Of a stretch of DNA of 64,000 nt, positions 43,501 to 56,489 are shown one piece after another. The notes beneath the pieces are model-generated. The model worked only from the letters and a program-made list of their open reading frames with translations, was not told the DNA's origin and did no database searches. Numbering within the stretch: the stretch's first letter is position 1; every line of letters begins with the position of its first letter. The position numbers and the translations under genes are program-made. Location of the stretch: NCBI RefSeq assembly GCF_018977255.1, contig NW_024704828.1:124001-188000 (forward strand), given 5' to 3'. The DNA comes from Callorhinchus milii. Lineage: Eukaryota.

Positions 43501-46500
43501 AGTCTATGCTGCTTGCCTCACCCCTTTATCTATCGAACTCCCACCTTAACACTTACCTCTTTGATTGTGCCTACAGTCCCCTGGCCCCATCCCCTTCTCC
43601 CTCGCTCTGAGTCTGACCCCAGCCACTAGGACTCTACCCCTTGTGAAGGGCCCTGTGTAAATGTAAGTTGTTGTTGTTTTTGTTCTGCTGAACCAACAAA
43701 ACAGGGAGCGTGCTGGCTGAGACCATTGAAAATTCTATTGATGGGAGTAGGCTGAAACATCTAATCCGACAGCCAACTGGGTGTGGCGAGCAGAATATGG
43801 CCTCCATGACCCCCGGGGTGATTGTCACTCATTACCTGGACCAAACCGCTCAGTGGGATAAAGTGGGCCTGGACCGCAGAGAGACTGCGCTAACCTACAT
43901 AAGGAAAGGTAGGCGATCACCAGCGAGAACCCCCAGCCTCAACTGCTCTGCTTCACTTCCTCTTTGCCTGTCATCAGGTCGGCCTGAAGGCTTCTCTCTT
44001 CAACTGCGTCTACAGTCACCTTCCCTTTCTCCCCACTCGGGCTCAAACTCCACCACTGTTAAGTGTTCCCAGACGCTACCCTGAGTGAAGGGTGCTGTGT
44101 GAATGCAAGTTGTTGTTGTTCTCCTAATCTTCCTCCTCCACATTTGCCACACTTCACTACATTATAATCAGCCAACGTCCTCCACCAATTATAACCTCAC
44201 TGCCACCTGGTCAGGCTATCAGCCCCTCTGTCCCACGCCTTGAAGCTCCATCCCAGAGTCGTTCCAACTCACATCTTTCCCCACTCACCTCGTCTCCCAA
44301 ACCAAGCTCGGGTGCACAGCCAGGGTTGTTGAAGCTTCTCGGTCCATCCTCCCAATGTGAAAGGCCCTGTGTTACAGTAAAGTTTGGTTTTGCTCTCAAC
44401 TGTAGGTTACACTCAACAGCAGGCTTTTCGCAAGCCAGGAGGATCGTATGCAGCCTTCATCAACCGCCCTTCCAGCACCTGGTACGTCAGTCAAGTCAGT
44501 CTTGTCTGCAGTTTGTACAGGCCGCCAAGCTCAACTCGTCCACATCAGTTCCCCCCGCGCCTACTCCCCTTTCCTTATATCCTTCTATTTCCCTCTCCTA
44601 TGTCCTTATAATAATTGTTGTATTTGACGCAGCACCTTATCACGACTTCGAGACATCTCAAATTGAGTGACCCAATTCAATATTTTTTTGAAGGAATTAT
44701 TACCCCCGGAAAAGCGATCCGCCAATCGACTAACAACCGGGTTCCTACTTACTGCTGGTAAACAGAGGTGTGTGGAGTAAGGAAACTTGCCCAATGTTCG
44801 CCCTGCCCGGGAATCAAACCCAGGTCCTCTCGCTTGCGAGGCGAGTGCTCTAACCACTGAGCTACAGGACTCCAAAATCCTTCTATTCCCCTCTCCTACA
44901 CCCCTCTATTCCCCTCCCCTGCGGGGGTCGTGGGGCTAATTGTGACTCTGTGTCTCGCCAGGCTGACCGCGTATGTGGCGAAGGTGTTTGCAATGGCCCA
45001 AAGTCTGATCTCAATAAAAGCTGAGGTTTTGTGCGAAGACCTGAAGTGGCTAATATTAAGGAAACAGAAACCTGACGGGATCTTTATGGAGGACGCAGCT
45101 GTGATTCACCTCGAAATGCAGGTAAATAAAACTGGGGAGAGAGAGAGTGCCACACATCAGGGACCCTGACCCTTCAGATGAGACGTTGAACTGAACTTCC
45201 CCATCTGTGCCCTGTTTGTGTTGTTGGAAAAGAGAAGGGAAAAGAGTTTGCTCTTCTGTCTGTCTGTCTGTCTGTCTCTCTCCAAGTGTCATGGCCAACA
45301 CGACCCTTCCCTCTTTCCCCCCCCCACCGCCCCCCAAATAAAGTCATTCACTTCAGGGCTGTGTGCCAGGTGTTGCTTTGCACAAATTGGCCACTGTGCT
45401 TGCTTACAACATACACAGTCACTTCACTTGACAAGGGGAGTTTTTCTCTCTCTCTCTCTCTCCCCCGGTGTCCGGGCACACAATTCCCCACCCCTCTCCC
45501 CCCCAAATAAAGTTGGTTACTCACTCTGGTGATTCGTGGTGTCGTCGCTGTGCACAAATCAGCTGCCATGTCCCCCCACAAAACATACAGTTATCACACT
45601 TTACATCCCTGTGAAGGGCTTTAAGACGCTTTGTGAACGTGTGAAGTTGTTGTATCAAACGGAAGATTATTATTATTAAAAGCCGACGATGAGATTTAAG
45701 GTGTCGGTCGCGAGGGGTAAGGGCACGTCATCGAATGCGAGGATTGTTACCGTAACACTTTAACCGATTTCTCTAGGGAGGAGTGCACGGGGCTGAAAAT
45801 GATGCCTCGTTGACTGCGTTTGTTCTTATCGCAATGATTGAGGCCAAAGATCTCTGCTCAAGAAGCATAGGGGTAATGTATTTCAGTATTACAATTTAAC
45901 ATTGTTCCCAGGAAAAGGGACCGACAAGCATTGATAACCGGGATGAGTGGTTTGGCTGATGAGCAGTGACAGGAGGAACTGGGACTATTTCTGCTGGAGC
46001 AAAGAAGGTTGAGGCACGACCTGATCGAGGTCTTTAAAATGCTTTAAAAGGGAGAAATGATTTCTATTGGTTGGTGAGTCAGTGACTGGAGGGGTGTCAA
46101 TTTAAGATAGTTAGCAAACGAGTAAAAGGGGAGTATTTTTCCCCCGAGTGGCTAGGATGTGGAACGTGCTGCTGGGAGCCGTGGTTGAGGCAGAATCCAC
46201 ATTAGCTTTCCGAAGGGAAATGGATGGATATCTTAAAAGGGATTGGACTGTAGAGGGCACCACTGATGGGCCTGACCTCCCCTCACAACCAGTGGAGGGC
46301 CCAGGAGCAGTGAACCCTGACCCTCAGCAATGATCCTTCTCATGGCCAAGCCCCGGGTTGGAAAGGGGACCCGATGGGATGATTTGATTTCATTTCGATT
46401 TTAACTAACGATGAATAATCTTACGTCGACATTCGTTCCAGAGTTATGAAAACAGCATCCAGAAAGCCGGTACCTATTTGGAAGGCCGTATTGCCAAGCT

Positions 46501-47562
46501 GACCCGCGCGTACTCCGTGGCCATCACTACCTACGCCTTGTCGCTCTTGGGGATACACAAGGACGACATTCTGATGAAGTTCGCCTCCGAGGGTAAATTT
46601 TTTTTTCTTTCTCTTTCCCTCTGGGCGAACCCCAGTTACAAGGTGGTGTTTTTGCTCCGTATAATTACTCTCCAAACTTACAATGGCTTCCCCCTGTAAT
46701 TCGCTTCCCCCGTAATTCAGTTCCCCCTTTAATTTGGTTCCCCTCTAATTTGCTTCTGTTTGAACTTCCCTGCCATTCGCCTGGACCTTCCTCTCGGTTC
46801 TAGATGGAACCTACTGGGCAAAAGCCAATCAGGAGAATTCCATGTACACCATCGAAGCCACAGGATACGCTCTGCTCGCATTACTGCAACTGGAGAAATT
46901 CGAGCAAACTGGTAAAATCGTGAGGTGGATGACTGCGAAGAGAGATTATGGTGGCGGCTTCAAATCCACCCAGGTTACGTTTTGTTTTTCCATTATAAAG
47001 TGAATTAATTTAAAAGACATCGAAAAAATAACACTGGGGTGGGGCGGGGCGTGGTGGGAGGGGTGGGGTTGCTCAGCCTGTGTCACCCTCTCATCGCTGT
47101 GGTCAGAAGGATGTGGGTTTGAGGCTGGGGAGGGATAGGGGAAAGATGACCACAAGCACGGTTATAGGGCTAAGTCTTGAGACAGACGTTGAACGAGGGA
47201 GAGTGCGAGCGAGTTGGTGGGACTCTGGCTTGGGGAGCAGAACAGTTGAAAGCCCAATGGGGTGTGTTTGGGAGGGGATGGGGAAGAAGCCAGTTCACTG
47301 AGCGAATCGAACAGCCTGGTCAACAGGGTTGAAGCAGGTCCGGAGGTCGGGTGGAGATCATGGATAAGATTTGAAGACAATTACTGGCGGGCAATAGATA
47401 ACAACCACAACAAGATTCCATTTATAGAGCGCCTTTCACGTCGGGAGGACAAAATATTGCATCTATTTAGCGCTCCTCATGCAGAGAAGTATCCCAGAGC
47501 ATTTGAGATAATGGCAATTAAAATAATGCCAGTCTCTTCTGATTGGAAATGGTTTAATGAAA

Positions 47563-47596
<34 letters not shown>

Positions 47597-50500
47597 GGCC
47601 ACCTTTGTTGGTTTGCAGGCTCTTGCTGCATACCTGATTCAAATGCCCGATTCCAAAGCTGTCAATATGGATGTCACCCTGACCATCAAGGGCAGGCAAA
47701 ATTCCATTCCTGGCATTTTAACACAGAAAATGTGTATGTAGCGAAATCTGAAAAGGTTAGTGCTTATATAATATAATTTACACTTACACCGTGCCTTTCA
47801 CATTGGGACAATGCGTTGCCCCTTCCTTACCCATCTACAGGTCGCGCCTGAAGACCTGAGGCTTACGGTCACCTCCCACCGGCTCGGAGCTCTACTCTGC
47901 CACTGTCCAGCTCTCTGGGACCCACCCCGCTCTGCATGAGTGAGGGGCGCAAGTTGTTGCTGTTGCATTCAATCTTGTGCTTCGATTGAGACAGAGCTCT
48001 CTCTCTGCTCTGTTCAGGCAGATGTTAACGATCACCTACCGGGGAACATCCTCCTCCCCCACCCCCCCGAATAAAATTTGCATTAAATTCCTGGCTGTTT
48101 GCGGGACATTACTGAACATAAAAAATTGTGTTGGCCTACAAAACACACAGTCACTATGCTTTGTGAAGCACTTTGCGATGGGGGGGGTTCTGACTCTTTT
48201 AATATTCTATGTTTTTATGTTCCAGATCAACATCAATCAAAACTTCACTGTCGCAGTGACAGGTCAAGGCCAGGGGATGCTAACAGTGAGTTCAGTTAGT
48301 TCAGGGAAATTTACTATTCATGAGTTTGTTTCTCAAGAGGAATTCTCATCCCAGGTGTCGGAATTCCAGGCTCCGGGAATTGTCGGATGCAGGTGGGAAT
48401 GAGATACAATACAATCGGCTGAGCGGAGGGATCGGGCAGGTTGGCAGTAGGTTAGGAGGTCACCGAGGTAAGGAGGAGCAAGGCCATGGAGGGCTTTGAT
48501 GATGAGGACCAGGATCTTGAACTGTATCCTCTATGTGATGGGAAGTCAGTGGAGTCGGGCGAGGATGGGGGTGAAGGGTCACAGAGGCCGGTGCGGGAGA
48601 GGACACGGGCTGCAAAGTTCTGGATGATCTGCAGCCTGTGGAGGTAGAGGTGGGAGGCCGACAAGCAGAGAGTTTGTGTGGTCGAGCCTGGATGTGATGA
48701 ATGTGTGTATGAGGGTCTCGGGCCTGCGGTGTGAGACAGTGGCGGAGCCGGGCGATGTTGCGGAGGTGGGGGAAGGTGGAGCGGGACACGGCACAGATGT
48801 GAGGGATGAAGGACAATTGAGGGTCGAATAGGATGGTGAGGTTCCATATTGGCTGCGCGAGTGTAGAGGGCATCCATGAAGGGTGATGCCCGAGGTATGG
48901 AGACGCTGACGGGAGCCAAGCAAGAGATCTTGTTGGCATTCAACTGGAGGAAGCCCATCTGAGATGGACGAGGGGGAGAAGGGAAGGACTTAGAGATCAC
49001 AAATCCAGCTCCAGCTGATCGCCCGCCCCTCATTTCAGCATTTTTAAAAAAAAAACTTATCTTCCCCCTTTGCTAATTATCTGAACCTGATATATTTGTG
49101 GGCTAAGTTTCTGCTGTAACTGAACCTCCCACATCCTTTCCCTGAAGGTGACGACCATTTACAACGCTTTATTGACTGAAAAAGCCAAGGAGTGCCAGAA
49201 ATTTGACTTGCAAGTTACTGTGGAAGAGGTTTTTCCAGGTAAGCACCACAGTATCCGACCAGTGTCAGCGTCGGTGTTCCTATAGCATCAGAAGTAAGGA
49301 TTGGGGAGTCCTGTAGCGTAGTGGTTAACACACTCGGAGGGAGGGAGGGAGGGAGGGGAGTCCTGTAGCGTAGTGGTTACACACTTGGAGGGAGGGAGGG
49401 GGGGAGGGAGGGAGGGAGGGGAGTCCTGTAGCGTAGTGGTTAACACACTTGGAGGGAGGGAAGGAGGGGCCCAGTTTTGAGACCAGAAGTACATGGAAAT
49501 GGCCAGTGACCAAAATTTAAAAATGGCCATTATCTGAGGCACCATCGGCATCACATTCGGGATAAATCGGAGCCGGAATCGGGAAGTGGAGGGTGGATAT
49601 GCCGTACAAACAGAATCTTCCTTTACATTGTTACAGAAAAAAAACCACAAGGCGCCCTGAGCTCTGTATTGATAAACGTGTGTGCACGGTAAGTGGACTG
49701 AATATTAATCAATACATGACCAAATTGTACAATATTTCCCCTGACAATAAACAGCGCTGTGGGCGGCCGAGCAGTTCCTGAGCGTGAATTCAGGGGGGAG
49801 TTCAATTTAACGCGTTCAAATTGCTGCCTTATAAATGCATTTTCTAAGCCCGTTACTCAGACCCCCAACTCCCGGCACCGACCAGCCAGCTTCTCGCTCT
49901 AAAGAAAACGTCCGACTCCCTGATGGTCAGGTTTGCCCCCGTCACCCCGGCCTGTGTGCAGGAAGTCATGTCGGCAGCGACCAGGAAGCCGATCCAGAAG
50001 TTGGCTGTTTTTTTTTCACTTCGGCCTCTTGAGATATTCGACCAAGACGCTTTGTGTGTTCCTGTTTAGGAATCTGGAAGAGAAAGAGGTGACAATGACC
50101 ATCGCGGATATTTCCATGTTAACGGGATTTTCTCCGGATTTGGATGATTTGAAAGCGGTAAGATTGCATTTCTAAATTGATGGGCAGTCTAAGGATTTTA
50201 ACACTATAATAATAACACTCCTCACATTGGCCCAGTGACTTTCACGTCAGGAGACCTTCACTGTTCAGTGGAGTGCTGTAGCACGTTAGTTAGGGCACTC
50301 GCCTCGCAAGCAAGAGGACCTGGGTTGATTCCCAGGCAGGGCGAAACCTTGGGCAAGTTTCCTTATTTCACATGCCTCTGTTTATCCTACAGTAAGCAAT
50401 TATAATGATTTGGTCACTCAATCCGCGACTGCGTGGGGGACACTGCTGTGTGCAATTGGCTGCCACGTTTCGCCCACAAAATATACACTTTACAGTATAT

Positions 50501-53500
50501 CCTGTGAAGCAAGCACTGAGATGTCTCAATGACGTGATAATGCGCTGAATCAAATGCAAGGGTTATTATTAAGCGAGTCGGAGAATATGGCAGCTTTCTA
50601 TAAAATGCCTTAAGTGTACTTGTCGGCAGGTAAGTTATGCTGTAATTTGAAGGTGAATATCTTAACAATATCTTTTCAAGATGGAGGTAGATAAATATTT
50701 GTTAGGTCCGGGTGGTAAGGGATATGGGACAAGGGCGGGTAACTGGAAATGTCAGCACAGGCTCGATGGCTGAATAGCCTCCTCCTGTTTCTATATGTCT
50801 ATGTATCTATGTATTAGTAATGATCTTAGTCACAAATAACAAGTTGTTTGATAAGTTGATATATTTTATTGATCTGTGGGTTCTTTGCAGATTTCAACTG
50901 GTGTCGATCTGTACATATCAAAGTTTGAACTCAACAAAGATACATCACGCAAAAGTTCCTTGATTATTTATCGGATAAAGTAAGACACGACACATATTTG
51001 TATCTTTTTACCGAATATTCCTCTTATTTTTTTAAAAAAAACTATTTATGTAACCAGAGGTTTATCGTGCCCCCATCCGCCCTTGCCCTTCACTGATGAC
51101 GTCGCTTCCTGTGCCTTGAGGTAGTTGGTTGTGAGGGACGATGGCGGAAGGGTGGGGTTTGTCCTATATTTGGAGCTATAATTACAATTCTCCAATTGGG
51201 TTTCCTTAAACCCCTTAAAAATAATCTGTAAAGGAACCATCAGCCCAAAGTGTCTGCTCATATTTCTGCTTGGAAACCCCCGCAGGTCTCCCGTGATGAA
51301 GACACTTGCTTTGCATTTAAAGCACATCAGTACTTTAAAGTTGGTTTCATGCAACCAGCTGCAGTTGAGGTGTACGAATACTATGATTCAGGTGAGTATT
51401 TACAGGACCGGTGCCTCTATACCAGAGCCCTCACCACCCTCCCTCTCCCCACGCATTGATGATCTGGATTCACCGACCCAGTGTGAGGTACTTACATTTA
51501 CAGATGACATCAAGTTAGGGGAAAAATTGCAGAACCTGAGGAGGCAGCAAAGGGTCTTGGGCTGATAAATGGCGAATGAAGTTTAGTGCAGATATCTGAA
51601 ACTCCATCCCGGAGGCTCTCTGACACCCCACCCCGCACATCACCATCTTGTTCAAGGCCTGGCTCAATATGCGTCTCTTTGACCTTCTGCCCGCCTCTCC
51701 CCACCTCAGCTCCCATATTCCACCCAAAGCGCGGTCAAAAAGATACGTTTTGAGAAGGGCCTTGACCGAAACAAGGGAGGGAGTGATTTGCCAAAGGGGG
51801 AAGCTGATAAAAACTGTCTATTTATGCTTTATGTTTCTTTTTTGTTCTAATATCCTCAGCAAACAGCTGCACATCGTTCTACAACTTAAAGGCAAGCAAC
51901 GCCATGCTTGGTAAGATTTGTCACAACGAGATCTGCAGATGTGCAGCAGGTAATAAATCCAGACTTTCTCTCTCCTTGAACACTGTGAGTTTTCAGATGG
52001 CTTTGTCCATCAGTCCCATTGTGTAAAGATTCGATCTGGGCGCTGGTCTTGTCAACTTGGCTCAGTGGGTCACGCTCTCGCCTCCGAGTCAGAAGATTGC
52101 CCATACGAAAGGGGAGTTAGAACTCATCTAGTCCAGGCTCAGGCTCCAGTGCGTTGCTGGGGGCTGAGCACCACATTGTGAAAAGTACCCTTTCAGGAGA
52201 GATGTTGGGGGAGTGGGAGCAAAAGTAGGAAAATAAACTTCCTAACCTCCCCATTGGCTCCTTTACAAATTATTGTAAATCAACACCCTCTTGTCACTTT
52301 CCTTTGGAGAGATTTAACTGAAAAACTGGACCCATTGACCACAGTGATGTGAGGATATTAATCTCTCTTCTATTCTTCCCGATAGAAAACTGTGTTTCGC
52401 TACAGAAACCAAACGACAGATCGATAACTGCTGATATGAGACAATACCAGGCCTGCCTTCCGGAAGTTGATTTTGGTAATTATTTTTTCTGTCAGACAAC
52501 AACTGTCTGATATTATCCCACCTCGTGGCTCAGTCACTCACACTCTTGCTTCTGAGTCAGGTCATGGATACATGCCACGTTGGGGACTTTGAGCTCACAG
52601 TGTAAACCCGAGGATCTGGTGCAACGCTGGGGGGAGCACCACATTGTCGGAGGCGCCATCATCCGAATGAAACATTAAACTGACCTGCCTATTCGGGTGG
52701 ATGTTAGAGATGTCTCCTGTGATGCTATTCGAAAAGAGAAGGGAGTTTAGTTTCTCTCTTTCCCCTAGTTTTCTGGTTTACAAACCCCAAGATAAAATCA
52801 GAGACTCATTACAACGGCTGTTTGTGAAGACATCACTGTGCCAAATAGTCTGCCATGTTCACCCACAAAAACACAGTCACTGCACTTTACAGTAAATTCT
52901 GTGAAGGGTTTTGAGACGTCTCACTGACATGAAAGGTGCTGTATTAAATAACAGTCCTTATGTTTGATACAGTGCCTTGCAGGACATCTCTATAAAGTGC
53001 CTCGCAAGGATTCAATTGAAGCATTGTTATTAATAATTATAATTTCCACTGATTTCTAGTTTACAAGATACGATTCCTCGATAAGGAAGAAAAAGAGGGT
53101 TACGATTACTACAGTTTCAAAGTCCTGACAGTGATTAAAGCCGGTGAGACAATCAGCAGTTCAAATTGTTACTTGTCTAATTCGCGCAGAAACCCATCAC
53201 CGTGATCAGCCGGGTGTCTGAGGGACAGGGAAAGCCATCACTGTGATCAGCCGGGTGTCTGAGGGACAGGGAAAGCCATCACTGTGATCAGCCGGGTGTC
53301 TGAGGGACAGGGAAAGCCATGTGGAGTCCTGTGGCTCAGTGGTTAGAGCACTCGCTTTGCAAGTGAGAGACCTGAGTTCAATTCCAGGCAGAGGGCGAAA
53401 CCTTGGGCGAGTTTCCTTACTCCACACAGAGCCTAATAATAATCCCTCCAAAACCAAAAACAATAATAAATTGGTCATTTTCAATCTACGACACTTTGTG

Positions 53501-54276
53501 GGACATTGCTGTGTGCAATTGGCTGCCGCGTTCCCCCACAAATATACAGTCAATTCACTTTACAGTGTGTTCTGTGAAGCGCTTTGGGACGTCCTCCCGA
53601 CGTGAAAAGCGCTATATCAAATGCAAGGATTATTATTATTATCACTGTGATCAGCCGGGTGTCTGAGAAACCCATCACTGGCAAAGATAAAATGAGTCAT
53701 GGTGTCCGGCTGTGAATATTCCTCTTACAGGGAGTGACGAGGTGGTGGAGGGAAATGACAGGTTCTTGGTGTCACACGCCAGCTGCAAAGAGACGTTTGT
53801 GGTGGATCTGCAGGTCAAGGATTATTTGATTATGGGTTTTCAGAAAGATCTGTGGCCGATGAAAAATGGGTGAGTTGCAAATTCTGGCTTCTATTCTGCC
53901 TTTCAGCCCATCCATCGCCTGATCCACACACTCCTCCTGATCCACACACTCCTCCTGATCCACACACTCCTCCTGATCCACACACTCCTCCTGATCCACA
54001 CACTCCTCCTGATCCACACGCCTCCTTATCCACATGTCCATGTAATTCTCTACATCCATGGCTGCAATGTCCAGTTACAAATTGGAGGCGATGCCCGGTC
54101 AATCCTCACGGGTTACAAAATATCTTAATTTCAGAATGACCTACGTGGTCACGAAGGGGACCTGGGTGGAATGGTGGCCGAACAACGAGGAGTGTCAGGC
54201 TCGGACTTACAGAAGCCTCTGTGAGAACCTGATAGACTTTTCAGACACCCTGCGGGACTTTGGATGCACCACTTAA
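27638..54276 (+). CDS. C3: Complement C3, 41 coding exons; six exons carry apparent frameshifts in this sequence
   Basis: Exons 27638-27705, 28615-28804, 29286-29445, 29882-29952, 30183-30286, 30647-30729, 31064-31151, 31646-31747, 32045-32165, 32344-32459, 32845-32997, 33681-33884, 34496-34699, 36391-36555, 36854-36983, 37893-37964, 38366-38559, 39200-39311, 39774-39859, 40398-40538, 41320-41532, 42144-42195, 42796-42880, 43705-43908, 44406-44481, 44962-45121, 45777-45872, 46442-46592, 46804-46973, 47598-47755, 48226-48285, 49148-49238, 49637-49688, 50070-50157, 50891-50979, 51286-51391, 51860-51949, 52386-52475, 53060-53143, 53731-53869 and 54135-54276. Signal peptide, [11 protein letters not shown], beta/alpha junction RKRR, anaphylatoxin CC..C..C..CC ending LAR/S, thioester GCGEQ (43779-43793), catalytic VIHLEM and C345C end FGCTT. 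AATAAA at ~54452 and ~54619. Confidence 0.95.
33098..33425 (-). mobile_element. tRNA-derived SINE copy
   Basis: Same head, core and tail as 38746-39074, in reverse orientation. Confidence 0.85.
35386..35670. repeat. Mixed (TG)/(TC) microsatellite beside a gap
   Basis: Directly visible. Confidence 0.85.
38271..38352. repeat. 22-bp tandem repeat (4 copies) just upstream of the C3a exon
   Basis: gtgactgtatccgtgtcctgcg units start at 38271, 38291, 38313 and 38335. Confidence 0.9.
38746..39074 (+). mobile_element. Full-length young tRNA-derived SINE
   Basis: Pol III A box tagctcagtgg, B box gagttcaattcc, conserved core and LINE-like tail ending aaatgcaagg(att)n. Confidence 0.9.
40885..41270 (+). 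mobile_element. CR1-type LINE 3' fragment
   Basis: [13 protein letters not shown], then FF..RVV..W, then gatgggctgaatggcct. Similar fragments at ~22240-22490, 28245-28428, 45960-46240 and 50575-50810. Confidence 0.75.
43020..43300 (+). mobile_element. L2-type LINE ORF2 fragment
   Basis: [48 protein letters not shown]. Confidence 0.85.
48470..48970 (-). mobile_element. L2-type LINE ORF2 fragment (frameshifted)
   Basis: FLQLNANK.., [33 protein letters not shown] and [12 protein letters not shown] spread across frames. Confidence 0.85.
53189..53680. repeat. 41-bp minisatellite interrupted by a SINE
   Basis: Units gaaagccatcactgtgatcagccgggtgtctgagggacagg start at 53189, 53230, 53271 and 53312; the array resumes at ~53641. 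Confidence 0.9.
53323..53642 (+). mobile_element. Full-length young tRNA-derived SINE
   Basis: Near-identical to 38746-39074. Confidence 0.9.
53917..54020. repeat. 18-bp tandem repeat in the last C3 intron
   Basis: cctgatccacacactcct x5-6. Confidence 0.9.
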
Positions 54277-55177
54277 ACACGCTCTGACTAACCACATCCA
54301 ACAACAGCCCTCGCATTTGATACGGCGCCTTTTCACGTCAAGCCGCCTCACTGAGCTCCACGGGGGGGGTTTGCGCTGTGACTGTGTCGGAGGATTTTCA
54401 CCGCAGCGTCCGGCTGACGGGAAAGGCTCTGTATCAAAAGTAATTTTAATCAATAAAGTGCCGGCGTGCGATCGCCTCGGGGAAGAGTCTCGAAGCGCCT
54501 TGCGGGGATTTTCCCGTGTGTCGTGTTAATTTTGTGCTGGTGGTGGTGGTTGTGACTGTGATTTGAGGGCTTTCGTGTCGTGACTTGTCGTGCGCGTGAC
54601 ATCATTTTGGGAACCGACAATAAAAAGCAGCTGAAATCAAACCAGTCTGTGTCAATTAATAAATGATTACCCCACCCACCCCCGGCATGACCTGCTTACC
54701 ATCGGGTGGGGGGGGGGGGGTTAGGGTTTCTGCCTCTACTCTCTGGAACTCCATCCCCTTCCTCCCCTCTCTCTGACTCGCTCCCTCCTGAACAGCGCAC
54801 AGATGGGGAACTCGACGACATGAAGGCGCTATGTAAATGTAATTTTGTTGTTGTTGTTAACATCTCATCCGCAGGACGGCGCCTGTGATGTTGCTTCCCT
54901 CCCCCAGCGCTGGGCTGGAGCATCAGCCTGGAGTTTGAGCTCAAAAAAGTCCCCAAACCTTAGGTTGAGGGTTGACAGGAGTGGGGGGGGGGTTGACATT
55001 TGCAGAATGATTGGCTTTAATCTGACTGAAGGTCAGAGATTGAGGATTTATAAGCAAGTGAGAGGCTTGTGATCTCGGGGGAGAGAAACACTTGCTTTTT
55101 AACTAAAGGAATTTATGTAAAGCTCCTGTGAGGGAGACTGACTGGCCCAGCAATCCTGTTACTTTTCAACCTCAATG

Positions 55178-55520
55178 TCAGACAGACAGGCAGGGCGGGC
55201 AGGACAGGCAGGCAGGGCGGGCAAGACAGGCAGGCAGGGCGGGCAGGACAGGCAAGCAGGGGGCGGGCAGGACAGGCAGGCAGGGCAGGCAGGACAGGCA
55301 GGCAGGGCGGGCAAGACAGACAGGCAGAGCGGGCAAGACAGACAGGCAGGGCGGGCAGGACAGGCAGGCAGGGCGGACAGGCAGGCAGGCAGGGCAGGCA
55401 GGACAGGCAGGCAGGGCGGGCAAGACAGACAGGCAGAGCGGGCAAGACAGACAGGCAGGGCGGGCAGGACAGGCAGGCAGGGCGGACAGGCAGGCAAGAC
55501 AGACAGGCAGGGCGGACGGA
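55178..55520. repeat. (GGCA/GACA/GGGC)n purine-rich satellite
   Basis: Directly visible. Confidence 0.9.
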
Positions 55521-55617
55521 CGGGACTCGAAGGGGAAGGGGAAGCGGGTTGGTTATTGGCTTGTTTGTGGGAGGGAGAAAGGTCAACCTCTTTAGAGTCA
55601 TCACTACTGAACATTGC

Positions 55618-56080
55618 CACAGTGTGAGACAGAGAGTGTGTGTCACAGAGAGAATGAGACAGAGTGTGTGAGACGGAGAGTGTGTGAGACAGAGAGAGTG
55701 AGACAGAGTGTGAGACAGAGAGTGAACCACAGTGGGAGACAGAGAGAGTGAGCCACAGTGTGAGACAGAGAGAGTGAACCACAGTGTGAGACAGAGAGAG
55801 TGAACCACAGTGTGAGACAGAGAGAGTGAACCACCGTGTGAGACAGAGAGAGTGAGCACAGTGTGAGACAGAGAGAGTGAGCACAGTGTGAGACAGAGAG
55901 AGTGAACCACAGTGTGAGACAGAGAGAGTGTGATAGAGGGTGAGACAGACCGTGTGTGAGTGTGTGAGACAGACGGAGAGTGTGAGAGAGAGTGAGCCGC
56001 AGTGTGAGACAGACGGAGAGTGTGAGAGAGAGTGAGCCGCAGTGTGAGACAGACGGAGAGTGTGAGAGAGAGTGAGCGCA
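55618..56080. repeat. ~26-bp purine-rich minisatellite
   Basis: gtgtgagacagagagagtgaaccaca units and variants. Confidence 0.9.
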
Positions 56081-56489
56081 GTTGGAGGACGAGCCGGAGG
56101 GAAGAAGGAGAAAATGAAATGCGACAAACCACAAGTATGAACTTGTGACAGTGGTTATGGTTAACTCAGTCCCTGGGTGTTCTGCTGATTCTTTTTAATG
56201 CTGAAGAGAAATCGGTCTTATCTTTATATTTTATGTAAATATATATTTATTATAACAATTTACTGCATTGTGTGTGTGTGTGTGGGGGGGGGTCAGTTTG
56301 TGGGGGCTGTGTGTGACTGTGTGTGGGGGTGTCTGTGTGCATTTATGTATGTGTGTCGGGGGGGGGGGGGGGGTGGAATCTAAGTGTGTGTGTGTTCGTG
56401 GGGAGTTTGTGTGTCTGGGGGGGGCTTTCATTGTAGAAATTGGTTTTAATGTGCTGGGGTTTTGAAGACAGAGGTGGGTGGGAGGGGAG

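Noticed and set aside
31646-50979. Programmed frameshifting or RNA editing to explain the C3 indels
   Set aside because: No shared slippery motif, and mixed +1/-1 events; sequencing error or decay is far more parsimonious.
27638-54276. C4, C5 or alpha-2-macroglobulin identity
   Set aside because: Thioester present (not C5), no alpha-gamma basic cleavage site (not C4), anaphylatoxin and C345C domains present (not A2M).
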